The notes: generated from the sequence alone by a model not told the origin. A stretch of DNA of 64,000 nucleotides from Candidatus Rifleibacteriota bacterium (GCA_051747585.1 JBNJGH010000005.1:4037-68036); one strand, 5' to 3'; counted from the stretch's first letter, positions 18,900 through 29,431 are shown. Made by a program: numbers and translations.

Positions 18900-20666
18900 G
18901 TGAAAAAGCAACTTGTCGAACTAATACATCAAAGCTTTAACAAATTAATGCAGCGTTACAATATTGACGACCTCAATTTTATTGATCTTCAGGTGCCTCC
19001 AGATAAAAGTAAAGGCGATTTTTCCATGAATGCCGCAATGAAGTTGGCAAAGCAGGCCAAATGTCCGCCCCGTAAACTTGCCGAAGAAATGGTAGAAGCA
19101 CTGAACAAGCACGATAGCTGGTTTGAGAAAATTGAAATAGCGGGCCCGGGCTTTATAAATTTATTTGTTAGAAATTCTGCTATTGAAGAAAGTTTTAAAA
19201 ACTTCAGCAGCCAGAAAGATATCGATCTTACCAATAGGTCTGAAGATGAAAAAACCGTTATCGATTATTCAAGTGTCAATATCGCAAAACAGATGCATGT
19301 TGGCCATCTGCGCTCAACTATTATCGGTGATGTTCTTGCAAGAATAATAGAAAGCACCGGCAACACCGTTATTCGCCAGAATCATCTCGGCGACTGGGGC
19401 CTGCCCATGGCGATGGTTTTATGGAAAGCCGGCCCGATACTGAGAGACGCAGAAAAAAACGGCAAATCTATTGAAGAGCTGTTGCCCCTCGCCAGACTTG
19501 AAGAACTATACAAGCAGGCCACTGCCGAGTGTAAAACCGACCCACAGGCAGCAGAAGAATGTCATGACTATCTGGTAAGGCTGCAAAACAAAGACTCACA
19601 ACTTATCGAAGACTGGAAAACGATTACCAGAATTTCCATGGCCGAAGTATATAGAATCTATAAACTTCTCGACGTAAAGCTTACTGAAGAAAATGAATGC
19701 GGAGAAAGCTTCTATCGCGAAATGCTTGCCGACACTGTTGCTGAGATAAATAAAAGTGGTTTGTTAAAAGAGTCGCAAAATGCCCTCTGTGTTTTTCTCG
19801 ATGAATTCAAGGGCAAAGATGGAAAACCACTGCCATTGATAGTTCAAAAATCAAATGGCGGTTATAATTACGGAACTTTTGATCTGGCGGCAATAAGATA
19901 CAGATGCAACAAACTTGGCGCAAAGAGAATCATCTATGTTACCGACGCGCGTCAGATTCTTCATTTCAAACAAATCTTTGCAACCGCAAAAGCCTGTGGA
20001 ATTTTAAACAACAATGATGTCATACTGGAGCATGTATCTTTTGGCAGCATTCTGGGCGAGAACAACAAGCCTCTAAAAACCCGGAGCGGAGAGAATGTAA
20101 AACTTTCAAACCTGCTTAATCAGGCGATCACCCAGGCATATAACGTTGTCAGCGAAAAGAATCCATCCTTATCTGAAGAATATAAACAGGAAGTAGCCAA
20201 AATGGTAGGAGTCGGGGCCATAAAATACGCTGATCTCGCCCAGAACCGCAACAATGACTATGTTTTCTCATTTGACCGAATGCTGGCATTAAACGGCAAT
20301 ACAGCCCCATATTTGCAATATGCCCATGCACGCATTTGTTCGATCTTTCGCAAAGCAAATATAAACCCTGAAAATTATTCGGGAACAGTTGAAATAACCC
20401 ATCCCTCAGAACGCGATCTGGTGCTGAAAATGATGGAATTACCTCTAGTTGTTGAAGCAGTAGCAAGAGAACTTAGACCTCACATTCTATGCAACTATCT
20501 TTACGAGCTGGCTACAGCTTTTTCAGCATTTTACGATAAATGTCCGGTTCTGAATACCGAGAATGAAAATCTACGCCGCTGCAGACTGGCAATTTGCAAT
20601 ACCGCCAGAAAAACCCTGAGCAAAGGTCTTGAATTACTTGGAATTGCGGCACCAGAGGAGATGTAA
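18900..20666 (+). CDS. argS: Arginine—tRNA ligase
   Basis: GTG start. The class I HIGH region is present (HVGHLRSTIIGDVLARI), and the C-terminal anticodon-binding region matches ArgS. Length is 588 aa. Confidence 0.95.
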   Translation: MKKQLVELIHQSFNKLMQRYNIDDLNFIDLQVPPDKSKGDFSMNAAMKLAKQAKCPPRKLAEEMVEALNKHDSWFEKIEIAGPGFINLFVRNSAIEESFKNFSSQKDIDLTNRSEDEKTVIDYSSVNIAKQMHVGHLRSTIIGDVLARIIESTGNTVIRQNHLGDWGLPMAMVLWKAGPILRDAEKNGKSIEELLPLARLEELYKQATAECKTDPQAAEECHDYLVRLQNKDSQLIEDWKTITRISMAEVYRIYKLLDVKLTEENECGESFYREMLADTVAEINKSGLLKESQNALCVFLDEFKGKDGKPLPLIVQKSNGGYNYGTFDLAAIRYRCNKLGAKRIIYVTDARQILHFKQIFATAKACGILNNNDVILEHVSFGSILGENNKPLKTRSGENVKLSNLLNQAITQAYNVVSEKNPSLSEEYKQEVAKMVGVGAIKYADLAQNRNNDYVFSFDRMLALNGNTAPYLQYAHARICSIFRKANINPENYSGTVEITHPSERDLVLKMMELPLVVEAVARELRPHILCNYLYELATAFSAFYDKCPVLNTENENLRRCRLAICNTARKTLSKGLELLGIAAPEEM

Positions 20667-20668
20667 CA

Positions 20669-23413
20669 ATGAATGTTTGTCCGCATTGTTCTTCAAAATC
20701 AGTTTCCGGCCGTTACTGCGGTAAATGTGGCAAGCCTGTCGACATATCACCCAGGCCAGAAACAGAGAAAGCACCTGCTGAAACAATTTCTGAAAAATCG
20801 GAAGAAACAAAAAAGTATGATGCCTCTGATCTTGAAAGACTCGAAAATGGATTAAAAAATGCCCCGGATAATCCAGACGCCTACCTGAAACTGGCCCGGG
20901 CACAGATTGCGATCAACCGCCTTGAAGCCGCTTATTCAACTTATAGAGCTGCCAGGGCTATTGAACCAGACAACCTGGAGATTATCAGGAGTGGTGCCGA
21001 AATCCTTACAGCCCTCAATCGCCGCGAAGAAGCGATCAAACTCTTCCAACGGGTGATTGAACAAAATCCACGAGATATTGACTCGACGATGAAGCTTGTA
21101 GAACTCTTATACGACACAGGCCAGAAAGAAAAAGCACTTAACTGTCTTAACAATATCGAAAACAAAGAAAAACAACCCGCCATATTAATTCGTACAGCAC
21201 AGATCCATTTAAGTATGGGTAATGCTTCAGAAGCGCAGCAGCATTTGAAAAAATACCGACAACTGGCTGGAAATACCAGAGAAATGTTTCTGCTTATGGG
21301 GCAAACAATGCTGACAAGAAAATTTTTTGATGGCGCAGTTAAAAACTTCAAAGAAGCCGTAAACTACTTTCCCGGGGATGCATCCATGCGCCTGGGTCTT
21401 GGCAAGGCTTACCTTGGCATGGGCGAAAAGGGGCAGGCCCTGCTGGAATTCGAGCAGGGATTGAAAATTGCGAGCAATGACATTCAAATTCTGCTCGAAC
21501 TTGGTAAGTTACAAAATGCCATGGGCATGGATGAACAAGCAGACAAAACCTTTTCTCATATTGAAAGTTCTGAGAATAAAAACGGAGAAGATTTGCTCGA
21601 CCTGGCCCGACATTTTATTGAGCGAAACAAGCTGAACCGGGCAAAAAAATACTTACAACAAGCTCACGAACTCAGCCCCTATAATGGCGAGGTCCTAAAA
21701 TCACAAGGAGAAATACTGGAAAAACAAAAAAAATTTGTTGAAGCCGAAAAGATTTATAAACAAATGCTTGCTCATGCCCCTGAAGCAATTTGGGCTCATG
21801 CCGGTATTATTCGTTGCGCTGACAACACCGGCGATTTCGAACTTAAGGCTCGCTCGCAACAAAAATTACTTGAAATAGCCCCTCCAACCGCTGAGCTCTG
21901 GTGCGATTATGGCGAAACCCTTATTAAAACAGGAGATTTTGACAAAGCCCAAACTGCCTTTGAAAAAGCGGCGGCGCTTGACCCCACCTGTGTGCGGGCC
22001 TATCAGGCACCGGAATTAATAAAACAGGAAAAAGCAAGAGCAAATGGCGCACAGCTCGTTGAACAGGCAAGAGAAGCTATTGCCAAAAAGTTCTATCTTA
22101 CCGCGACAGAAAGGCTTGAAAAAGCTCTTAAACTTGTTCCTGGCGAGACTGAATGGACTAAGCTTCTGGCAGAAGTATCAATAAACACTGCCGATACCAA
22201 AAAGGCTTCGGCTCTTTTATCTAAAGTGCGTGCCAAAGACCCCGCCGATTACCAGACAAGTTTGCATCTTGCCAGAGTTTATGAAGCCGAAGGAAAAATC
22301 CAGCTTGCAATCGAGCTTTTATCGACCATTACCAAAGACCATCCCCTTGAGCTAGATGCTCACCTGATATTACTTCGTCTGAAAAGAAGTCAGCTTAGAA
22401 GCAACAAGGTAGAGACCGATATGTTCTCTGCTCTTATAAGAAACATAGAACTCGAGCTTGCGTTTCTCAAAAAAGAGTCGCCGGTACCTCTTCTGGTAAA
22501 AGGATACGCCTGCTATCTGTTCAGTTATAGATCCAGAATTCAACAAGAAGGCTTTAAAAAAGCCGAAGCTGCTTTTAACGAAGCCATTGAAAAGTTTGGC
22601 GAAAACGAAGAAAGTCTTGAAGGCTTGAGTCTGCTCGAACGTGCCAAAGCAAACAGCCTTAAAGCAGTCGATTATACAAAAAATCTGGTTAGAATTTCTT
22701 CAGACCCTCGCAAGCTCTATGTTCTAGCCCGCCTGCACGAAAATTTTCAGCACTTTTCCGATGCAAAGAAATGCTATGAATCATTAAAAAATCTTTTTCC
22801 TGAAAACGGTTTATTCAGAAAGAAACTGATTGAAATGATCGGAGAAATTTCCAACAGCAGCAGCAAAAATGAATTGCTGAATTATTTATCTGAGCTTAAC
22901 CAAAACATTCAAAGCAAAGCCGACCAGGTTTGGCTGCTTTATGAGACCGCTTTGGTACAGCAATTCCTGGCAGAGCACTCAGCACAATCGGACGAATGGA
23001 GAAAAAAGTCTCTTTTAAGCTGGCATAAAGCTGCCAATCATCTAAGAACCAATCATTGGGTTAGATGGGGCCTGCTCGAGGCTCAGTTTAAATTTCTGAC
23101 GGGAGTCGAAAAACAGCGGGCGGCCGCCAACAATCTCAAGGCATGCGAAAAAATTCTGCGTGAAATTCCTGACAACAGTCTCGCTCAGAAAGCAACAGGA
23201 CAATGTTACCTTGCTTTTGGTGACCTTGTTAATACTGACAAAGCTCTCAACCATCTTGAAAAGGCATGGTTTTTATCACACCAGTATTCAGACACGGGCT
23301 TTTTACTGGCAAAAACAGGCAAAGAACTTGGTAGGTCTGTAGTGGTAGACGCAGTTGGTTATAACATGATACTATTAGAACCTGAAATAGCTCAAAGTAT
23401 CTTTCAGTTATGA
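20669..23413 (+). CDS. Large TPR-repeat protein with N-terminal C4 zinc ribbon
   Basis: A zinc ribbon MNVCPHCSSKSVSGRYCGKCGKP is followed by ~850 aa of TPR/Sel1-like helical repeats. It starts 2 nt after the argS stop, so it is probably co-transcribed. Confidence 0.75.
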   Translation: MNVCPHCSSKSVSGRYCGKCGKPVDISPRPETEKAPAETISEKSEETKKYDASDLERLENGLKNAPDNPDAYLKLARAQIAINRLEAAYSTYRAARAIEPDNLEIIRSGAEILTALNRREEAIKLFQRVIEQNPRDIDSTMKLVELLYDTGQKEKALNCLNNIENKEKQPAILIRTAQIHLSMGNASEAQQHLKKYRQLAGNTREMFLLMGQTMLTRKFFDGAVKNFKEAVNYFPGDASMRLGLGKAYLGMGEKGQALLEFEQGLKIASNDIQILLELGKLQNAMGMDEQADKTFSHIESSENKNGEDLLDLARHFIERNKLNRAKKYLQQAHELSPYNGEVLKSQGEILEKQKKFVEAEKIYKQMLAHAPEAIWAHAGIIRCADNTGDFELKARSQQKLLEIAPPTAELWCDYGETLIKTGDFDKAQTAFEKAAALDPTCVRAYQAPELIKQEKARANGAQLVEQAREAIAKKFYLTATERLEKALKLVPGETEWTKLLAEVSINTADTKKASALLSKVRAKDPADYQTSLHLARVYEAEGKIQLAIELLSTITKDHPLELDAHLILLRLKRSQLRSNKVETDMFSALIRNIELELAFLKKESPVPLLVKGYACYLFSYRSRIQQEGFKKAEAAFNEAIEKFGENEESLEGLSLLERAKANSLKAVDYTKNLVRISSDPRKLYVLARLHENFQHFSDAKKCYESLKNLFPENGLFRKKLIEMIGEISNSSSKNELLNYLSELNQNIQSKADQVWLLYETALVQQFLAEHSAQSDEWRKKSLLSWHKAANHLRTNHWVRWGLLEAQFKFLTGVEKQRAAANNLKACEKILREIPDNSLAQKATGQCYLAFGDLVNTDKALNHLEKAWFLSHQYSDTGFLLAKTGKELGRSVVVDAVGYNMILLEPEIAQSIFQL

Positions 23414-23442
23414 TGTAAAACTGCCAGAAAGACGTTTAATAA

Positions 23443-23943
23443 TTGAAAGTTAAAATAAAAAAACTGCTGGAAAGCATGCCGGCCAATTCGATTCACCTGA
23501 GAATGCAGGTTCAGGGGAGTTCTGAAACACTTGCCCTTATAAGAAGGGTAATTGTAGCGTGCGTTCAAAACCTTGAACTCAGTGCAGCAGTTCTGAACGA
23601 CATCAAGCTGGCCACAACCGAAGCATGCACAAATGTCATAAAGCACGCATATAAATTTGATGACTCAATGTTTTTTGACCTTGAAATAAAAACCAGCAAC
23701 GAGGTTTTCGTAGTGGAAGTTTTCTACGAAGACCCCGGTTTCGTTCCTGATAATATTCCGCTTCCAGACCTCAAAGAAATTAAAGAAGGCGGCCTCGGAG
23801 TATTTATCATAAGAAATATTATGGATCATGTCGACTATCAAACAGATCAGCAAACAGGAAAAGTCAAGTTGCAGATGGTCAAGATACTTAATCAGAACAG
23901 CAGTGACGGAGGCCAAGGTGAAAATAGAACGAAAGATAGATGA
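23443..23943 (+). CDS. Anti-sigma regulatory factor (RsbW/SpoIIAB-type Ser-protein kinase, HATPase fold)
   Basis: The N box ELSAAVLNDIKLATTEACTNVIKHAY and the G box GGLGVFIIRNIMDHVDY are present. Length is 166 aa. Confidence 0.8.
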   Translation: MKVKIKKLLESMPANSIHLRMQVQGSSETLALIRRVIVACVQNLELSAAVLNDIKLATTEACTNVIKHAYKFDDSMFFDLEIKTSNEVFVVEVFYEDPGFVPDNIPLPDLKEIKEGGLGVFIIRNIMDHVDYQTDQQTGKVKLQMVKILNQNSSDGGQGENRTKDR

Positions 23944-24223
23944 ATCTGCAAAATTAAAAGTTTTTGCTATCGAAGGTGAACTCGATGTTCATCACGTAAA
24001 AAATTTGAAATCAGAAATTCTTGAAGAGCTCGAACCACCCGGATGGACCTATGAGCTGGACATGGATGATGTTTCATACCTTGACAGCTCAGGGCTTGGG
24101 ATGCTCGTCTATTTAAAAAAAGAAATAGTAAAGCATGAAGGAAAGCTGAAAATTTCCAATCTCCATGAGCCGGTATTAAACGTTTTCAAATTAACCAAAT
24201 TAGACAGCTTTTTTGAAATTTAA
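23918..24223 (+). CDS. Anti-sigma factor antagonist (STAS domain, RsbV/SpoIIAA-like)
   Basis: STAS motifs are present (VFAIEGELDVHHV…DMDDVSYLDSSGLGMLVYL). The GTG at 23918 with GGAGG 6 nt upstream is a better start than the ORF-track start at 23828. It overlaps the end of the kinase gene. Confidence 0.75.
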   Translation: MKIERKIDESAKLKVFAIEGELDVHHVKNLKSEILEELEPPGWTYELDMDDVSYLDSSGLGMLVYLKKEIVKHEGKLKISNLHEPVLNVFKLTKLDSFFEI

Positions 24224-24243
24224 AACTGACTGACAACAGAAAT

Positions 24244-24894
24244 ATGACAAAAGACCTTAACAACAACAGCCGGGAAGGGCTTTTTATAACCTTTGAAGGC
24301 CCTGAAGGAAGCGGAAAAACAACGCAGATAGAGTTTCTCCGCAATTTTTTCATAGAAAGAAACTATCAGGTTATAACAACCAGAGAACCGGGCGGAACAA
24401 TCGCCGGTGACAAGATTAGAGACATATTGCTGGACCATAGCAATGGCAGTCTCGAAGCGGAAACCGAACTTTTTTTAATGCTGGCTCAAAGAAGTGAGCA
24501 TTTAAAAAAAGTTATTAATCCAGCGATAATTTCTGGTAAAATAGTATTGTGTGACCGCTATTTCGACTCAAGCATGGCTTACCAGGGATATGGACGAAGA
24601 TTGGCAACAAACATGATAAGAGCTGCGCACGAACAGTTTTTACCGGGTTTTTTACCCGATTTAACCATATTACTGTTGATCAATCCGGAGACCGGCTTAA
24701 AAAGAGCTCTGCACCGAGGGAAGAAGTCACCAGATCGTATGGAATCTCAAACGATTGAATTCCATAAAAGAGTATATGAAGGCTACCAAAAGCTTGCAGC
24801 AAATGAACCGGAACGTTTTATTCTAATTGAGAACCAGGGCGACCCAAAGCAAATCTCTGCTTTGATTCGCAAAGAGTTAGAGAAAAAATTATAA
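24244..24894 (+). CDS. tmk: Thymidylate kinase
   Basis: The P-loop ITFEGPEGSGKTTQ and the DRY-like CDRYFDSSMAYQG motif are present, with a LID region. Length is 216 aa. Confidence 0.9.
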   Translation: MTKDLNNNSREGLFITFEGPEGSGKTTQIEFLRNFFIERNYQVITTREPGGTIAGDKIRDILLDHSNGSLEAETELFLMLAQRSEHLKKVINPAIISGKIVLCDRYFDSSMAYQGYGRRLATNMIRAAHEQFLPGFLPDLTILLLINPETGLKRALHRGKKSPDRMESQTIEFHKRVYEGYQKLAANEPERFILIENQGDPKQISALIRKELEKKL

Positions 24895-24909
24895 TTTTTT
24901 GAGGGAATA

Positions 24910-26814
24910 ATGAGTAGATTAAAGATGAACATAGCAATTAAGCTTGATTTATTGCTTATCATCTTCTGGCTTGCCGTATTTTTTGGCATGCAGTTGCTTG
25001 GCTACTCAGTCAGCCCCATTCCCTTAATTATAGCCGGCGCCGGAACAATATTATTTGTTCATTTAAGTCTCGAATTAAAAGTACTTGCTCCTTTACGTCA
25101 ATTTATCGATATAGCTGATAAAGTTGCAGACGGAGACGTATCGGAAGGGCTCAAAGATCTGAAAATCAGTGATCTCGAAGAAGTTCAAGGTAGCTTCACC
25201 AAAATTGTCGGCAGCCTCATTGAATCCAGGGTCGTAATCGAAGACTATATGAGAGCAATTGGTGAGATGAATAAAGAGCTGGAGAAAAAGGTAGACTCTC
25301 TTTCTATTCTTTATTCGGCCGGGCAATCCATGGGCGGCAGCCTCAACGTCGACACGCTTGTGCGCAATCTGATTACCACCTTCAACGAACGACTTGGTAT
25401 AACAGGCACTGCGGTTATGCTTTATAACGACAAAACCGATCTGGTCAGCGTAAAAGATTTAATGGGAATAGCACCTGAACTCTTTGCCAAGTTCAGATTT
25501 TATTCCGACAACCAGATTCTGGCCAGGGTTTTTGACGGAAAAGGCTATTGGCAGCCCGAAGAGCAAGATCACAACCTTATGGTTGCTGAATTTGAATCTG
25601 ACGAAGTCAGATCTTTAAGGCTCTTTATTCCAATGAGAATAAAAGACCATTTTGTTGGCATAATAGTGCTTGGCCCTAAGAAAGACGGAACAAAATATGA
25701 AGATGCAGAGATTCAATTGATTCAAGCACTTGTAGGTCTTGGCAGCACTTCGATCAACAATGCCATGCTTTTCGAAAATTCAGAGTCAACCAAAAATGAG
25801 CTGGATCACAAGGTTTTCAACCTTATGACTCTTCAACAATCAGGAAAAGTTCTAAGCTCCACACTTGATCTCGAAGAATTAATCAAGATTTCCATCGATA
25901 TGTTTCTCGAAACCGTCTGGTCAAACAAAGGTATCTTAATGCTTCAATCAGATCAGGGGCCAAAGCTTGAAATTAAAGCATTCAAAGGCATAACCCCAGA
26001 AGAAATAGAAGCCCTGCAAAAAGATCCAGCCGAAGCATGGGCTATGACCACCATAGAAAAAGAAAAAAGGCCTATTCTAGCCCGGGAACTTGCCGGCAAA
26101 ACTTCCTACCAGAATTATGCCACAATCAATAGAGAACTCCCCTTCGCCGTTTATGTTCCCATGTTGAAAGAGGGAGAACTTTACGGCGTAGTAAAAGTCG
26201 GACCCAAAATCAACGAAGAACCTTTCACCGAAAATGATCTTGAATTTTTCTCGACCATATCATCTCAAGCAGTTATAGCTTTTGAAAATGCACGCCTGTA
26301 TTCTTTGGCTATTACCGACTCGATCACCCGACTTTACGTTCATCGCTACTTTCAGCTTAGACTCGAAGAAGAAGTCGCCAGAAGCAGGCGCTACAATTCT
26401 ACAATTTCACTTCTAATGATTGATATAGATCATTTCAAGCCCATCAACGACAACTACGGACATCAGCAGGGTGATGTAATACTCAAAGATATGAGCAAAA
26501 TAATGCGCAAAAATGTCAGAACCACTGATATTGCTGCCCGGTATGGTGGCGAAGAATTTGCCATTATTCTTCCGGAAACCACTCAGGCCGATGCCAAAAT
26601 CGTTGCCGAAAGAATCAGGCGAGATGTCAGCCACTATGACTTTCCTTCTATCATCCCCGGACAACCACCTATAAAATGCTCTGTTTCAATTGGCGTAGCG
26701 GGCTTCCCCCTTAATGCAGACAGCAAAGACCAGCTTATCCAGAAAGCCGACAGCTCTCTCTACAAGGCCAAAGACTCGGGACGCAACAAAGTTGTACTTT
26801 GCGGAATAGACTGA
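24910..26814 (+). CDS. Membrane-anchored GAF-domain diguanylate cyclase (GGDEF)
   Basis: Two N-terminal TM helices are followed by GAF-like regions. The C-terminal GGDEF domain carries an intact RYGGEEF active site and I-site context. Confidence 0.85.
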   Translation: MSRLKMNIAIKLDLLLIIFWLAVFFGMQLLGYSVSPIPLIIAGAGTILFVHLSLELKVLAPLRQFIDIADKVADGDVSEGLKDLKISDLEEVQGSFTKIVGSLIESRVVIEDYMRAIGEMNKELEKKVDSLSILYSAGQSMGGSLNVDTLVRNLITTFNERLGITGTAVMLYNDKTDLVSVKDLMGIAPELFAKFRFYSDNQILARVFDGKGYWQPEEQDHNLMVAEFESDEVRSLRLFIPMRIKDHFVGIIVLGPKKDGTKYEDAEIQLIQALVGLGSTSINNAMLFENSESTKNELDHKVFNLMTLQQSGKVLSSTLDLEELIKISIDMFLETVWSNKGILMLQSDQGPKLEIKAFKGITPEEIEALQKDPAEAWAMTTIEKEKRPILARELAGKTSYQNYATINRELPFAVYVPMLKEGELYGVVKVGPKINEEPFTENDLEFFSTISSQAVIAFENARLYSLAITDSITRLYVHRYFQLRLEEEVARSRRYNSTISLLMIDIDHFKPINDNYGHQQGDVILKDMSKIMRKNVRTTDIAARYGGEEFAIILPETTQADAKIVAERIRRDVSHYDFPSIIPGQPPIKCSVSIGVAGFPLNADSKDQLIQKADSSLYKAKDSGRNKVVLCGID

Positions 26815-26818
26815 AACT

Positions 26819-27265
26819 ATGCCGGTAAAAATAACAAATCAAAATATAGACCCTGGCAAGACCCCCGAGAACAAACACGTCAAAGGGAACAGTTCAGATC
26901 GAGGGCAGTTCAAAGCTGAACTCAAAACATCAAGCGTCAAAATACTCGACCAGAACCTCGAACAACTTATAGATACAGTCAAAACCAGAGGGGAATCATT
27001 TTTAAAATCTCCCGACGAAAACCTTTTAAAATCTTATAAAGATTCTATAAAACAATTTTTAAAGAAAGTTACCAGAGAATTTCTTTCACTGAAAGAAGAA
27101 TTTGGCGCTCCCAGCGAAGGAGAAAAAAAAGTTTTTCAGCTTGTAAATTCAACCGATTCAGAAGTAGAATCTTTGACCAGAGACACGCTAAATGAAAACC
27201 AGGCAGTAAATCTTTTATCAAGCCTAGATGACATAAGAGGGCTGGTTCTAGACATAATGGGATGA
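26819..27265 (+). CDS. YaaR/DUF327-like small protein
   Basis: 148 aa with an alpha-helical pattern (…LKSYKDSIKQFLKKVTREF…LDDIRGLVLDIM). It resembles Firmicute YaaR, which likewise sits downstream of tmk. The DUF327 assignment is from memory. Confidence 0.5.
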   Translation: MPVKITNQNIDPGKTPENKHVKGNSSDRGQFKAELKTSSVKILDQNLEQLIDTVKTRGESFLKSPDENLLKSYKDSIKQFLKKVTREFLSLKEEFGAPSEGEKKVFQLVNSTDSEVESLTRDTLNENQAVNLLSSLDDIRGLVLDIMG

Positions 27266-27266
27266 A

Positions 27267-28142
27267 ATGACACAACCACAACCACTACAATTAATAGTTA
27301 TCACAGGTCTTTCAGGAGCCGGAAAAACCACAGCCTCTCATTTTTTCGAAGATGCCGGCTATTTTTGCATGGATAATGTGCCACCGGCACTGTTACCCAA
27401 GTTTCTTAACATCTGCCTGGAATCGAATGGCAAGCTTTCAAAAATTGCAGTCGTTATAGATACCAGAGGCGGAACCTTCTTTGAAGATTTTTTCGAAGCC
27501 ATAGATCAGGTTAAAAATCTTGGGGTTACGGTAAAAATTCTTTATTTAGAAGCAACAGAGGACTCACTGATTCGCCGCTTTTCGGAAACAAGGCGAAAAC
27601 ACCCATTGAACAGTGGATCTGACAGAATAATCGACAGCATTCGTCAGGAAAGAAGCATGCTCGAAGAGGCGCGGGCCAAATCTGACTTTATTCTCGATAC
27701 CACTAACCGTAACAGTCGGGAACTTCAAGACGAGATTAGAAAAATTGCTCAAGAATATGTAAGCAACCAGAGCATGTCGGTTGTATTCTTGAGTTTCGGT
27801 TTTAAACATGGCATACCCATAGACTGCGACCTGGTATTCGATGTCAGATTTTTAGCAAACCCCTATTATAATCCCCAGCTTAAACACTTGACCGGCGTTA
27901 ATCCTGAGGTTTATGACTACGTTTTTTCATCAGAACTTGCTCAACAATTTGGAAAAAAACTTAAAGAGCTTGTCGATTTTCTTATTCCCTGCTTCTTAAA
28001 CGAACCCAAAACCAGATTACAAATAGGGATTGGCTGCACAGGCGGCAGACATAGATCTGTTGCATTTGCCGAATATCTTTTTAAAAATATAAGTCACGAA
28101 AATATAGTTTCTTCTCGGGTACACCGTGATCTTGGTCGATAA
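27267..28142 (+). CDS. rapZ: RNase adapter protein RapZ (YvcJ/YhbJ family P-loop NTPase)
   Basis: The N-terminal region LQLIVITGLSGAGKTTASHFFEDAGYFCMDNVPPALLPKF is the classic RapZ N-terminus. The C-terminal GCTGGRHRS motif is present. Confidence 0.9.
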   Translation: MTQPQPLQLIVITGLSGAGKTTASHFFEDAGYFCMDNVPPALLPKFLNICLESNGKLSKIAVVIDTRGGTFFEDFFEAIDQVKNLGVTVKILYLEATEDSLIRRFSETRRKHPLNSGSDRIIDSIRQERSMLEEARAKSDFILDTTNRNSRELQDEIRKIAQEYVSNQSMSVVFLSFGFKHGIPIDCDLVFDVRFLANPYYNPQLKHLTGVNPEVYDYVFSSELAQQFGKKLKELVDFLIPCFLNEPKTRLQIGIGCTGGRHRSVAFAEYLFKNISHENIVSSRVHRDLGR

Positions 28143-28217
28143 CTAACTTATATTAAGAATTTCCTTTGCGTTTTTTATACTTTTTGATATATTATTATAT
28201 TTAGGAGTGGGTTAGAT

Positions 28218-29072
28218 TTGAAAAAACTGTACACAACAGGTTTTTTATTACTGCTGGCAATATTTTGTTTTCTTGCCGGCGGCGTTTTTGCGCAACAAAA
28301 CCTTGAGCTTGATCTCAAGTTAAACAACAATAACGAATTCCCACCTGTTCCAGAATCAGGCGAGTTCAATCTTTCGCTTGCATCGCAAATGTTCGAAACC
28401 CACATAGATAAAGATACCGAAAAAAAAGAACGAACCAGGCTTGTTTCTGCTATTTCCGACGTTGAAATTCATGACAGCCTGAAAAATCAATCTGAACCCG
28501 AAGAGTTGTTCAGCCCTCTCGATCCTGATATAATTCAATTTGCCGACCCCATAGAGTCAGAAGAGTTCGCTTCAACTTTAACTCTGAACAACGGCTATAG
28601 CAGCCAATCTATGGCGAACAATTCTGACAGCCTTAAAATCGAAAAGCGTATGGGAAAATTCAAGCTTCTCGGCAGATATGAGCAAAAAGCTATTACTAGA
28701 ATACCTGTTCCCATAAATAATGCCGATTCCGGTTACCCAAATCTTAGCGGTGAAAGTATGGCACGGGGTTCGATCATCAGCCAATCAAACGATCAAGATA
28801 CCCAACAAAACCTCAGTTCAGCGCTTGCTTCAAAATATTACCTTGAAGCTGTTTACAGCTTTCAACCAAAAGTCCAGGGTAAAGTTTCTTACAGGCGCTC
28901 TATGATCGACAGCCTCCAGGCCAGGGAAGAACTGCAGGTTGAAGGTGTAGTTGAAACCGGCAGCGATGTTCTCATAAAAGCGGGTTATAACAACGAAACA
29001 AAACCTGAAATAAACGAACCCAAATCGAGCAAAGACAGCAAAGTCTGGACAGAATTTATTTTAAAATTCTAA
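28218..29072 (+). CDS. Secreted hypothetical protein
   Basis: TTG start with an AGGAGTGG RBS. It has a signal peptide (LLLLAIFCFLAGGVFA) and is Ser/Asn/Gln-rich. I found no recognisable motif. Confidence 0.5.
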   Translation: MKKLYTTGFLLLLAIFCFLAGGVFAQQNLELDLKLNNNNEFPPVPESGEFNLSLASQMFETHIDKDTEKKERTRLVSAISDVEIHDSLKNQSEPEELFSPLDPDIIQFADPIESEEFASTLTLNNGYSSQSMANNSDSLKIEKRMGKFKLLGRYEQKAITRIPVPINNADSGYPNLSGESMARGSIISQSNDQDTQQNLSSALASKYYLEAVYSFQPKVQGKVSYRRSMIDSLQAREELQVEGVVETGSDVLIKAGYNNETKPEINEPKSSKDSKVWTEFILKF

Positions 29073-29076
29073 TCAG

Positions 29077-29361
29077 ATGCAAATTACTGATATTCGAATA
29101 CACTGTATTAAAGAGCCAAAAAGCAAATTACTTGCTTTTGCAGAAGTAACATTAAACAGCTGTCTGGTAATAAGAGATTTTCAGATTTTTTCTTCTAAAA
29201 AAGGCACTTTTATTGGAATGCCAAGTCGTAAAATGCCCGATGGTACCTGGCGCGAAATGGTGTTTGCCATTGACACGAACCTTTCAGAGAAATTAAAGTC
29301 TCAGATTCTACGTGCCTACGAAGACGAAACAAACAGACCCGAGCATCAATTTTTATCCTGA
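29077..29361 (+). CDS. spoVG: Septation/regulatory protein SpoVG
   Basis: MQITDIRIHCIKEPKSKLLAFAEVTLNSCLVIRDFQIF…KGTFIGMPSRKMPDGTWREMVFAID matches the SpoVG consensus throughout. Confidence 0.9.
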   Translation: MQITDIRIHCIKEPKSKLLAFAEVTLNSCLVIRDFQIFSSKKGTFIGMPSRKMPDGTWREMVFAIDTNLSEKLKSQILRAYEDETNRPEHQFLS

Positions 29362-29431
29362 ACAAATCGATTTCCACCCAAAAAGAGTTGCATGTTAGTA
29401 TAAAGTGTGCTAATTTCTCAAGGTATAGAAT

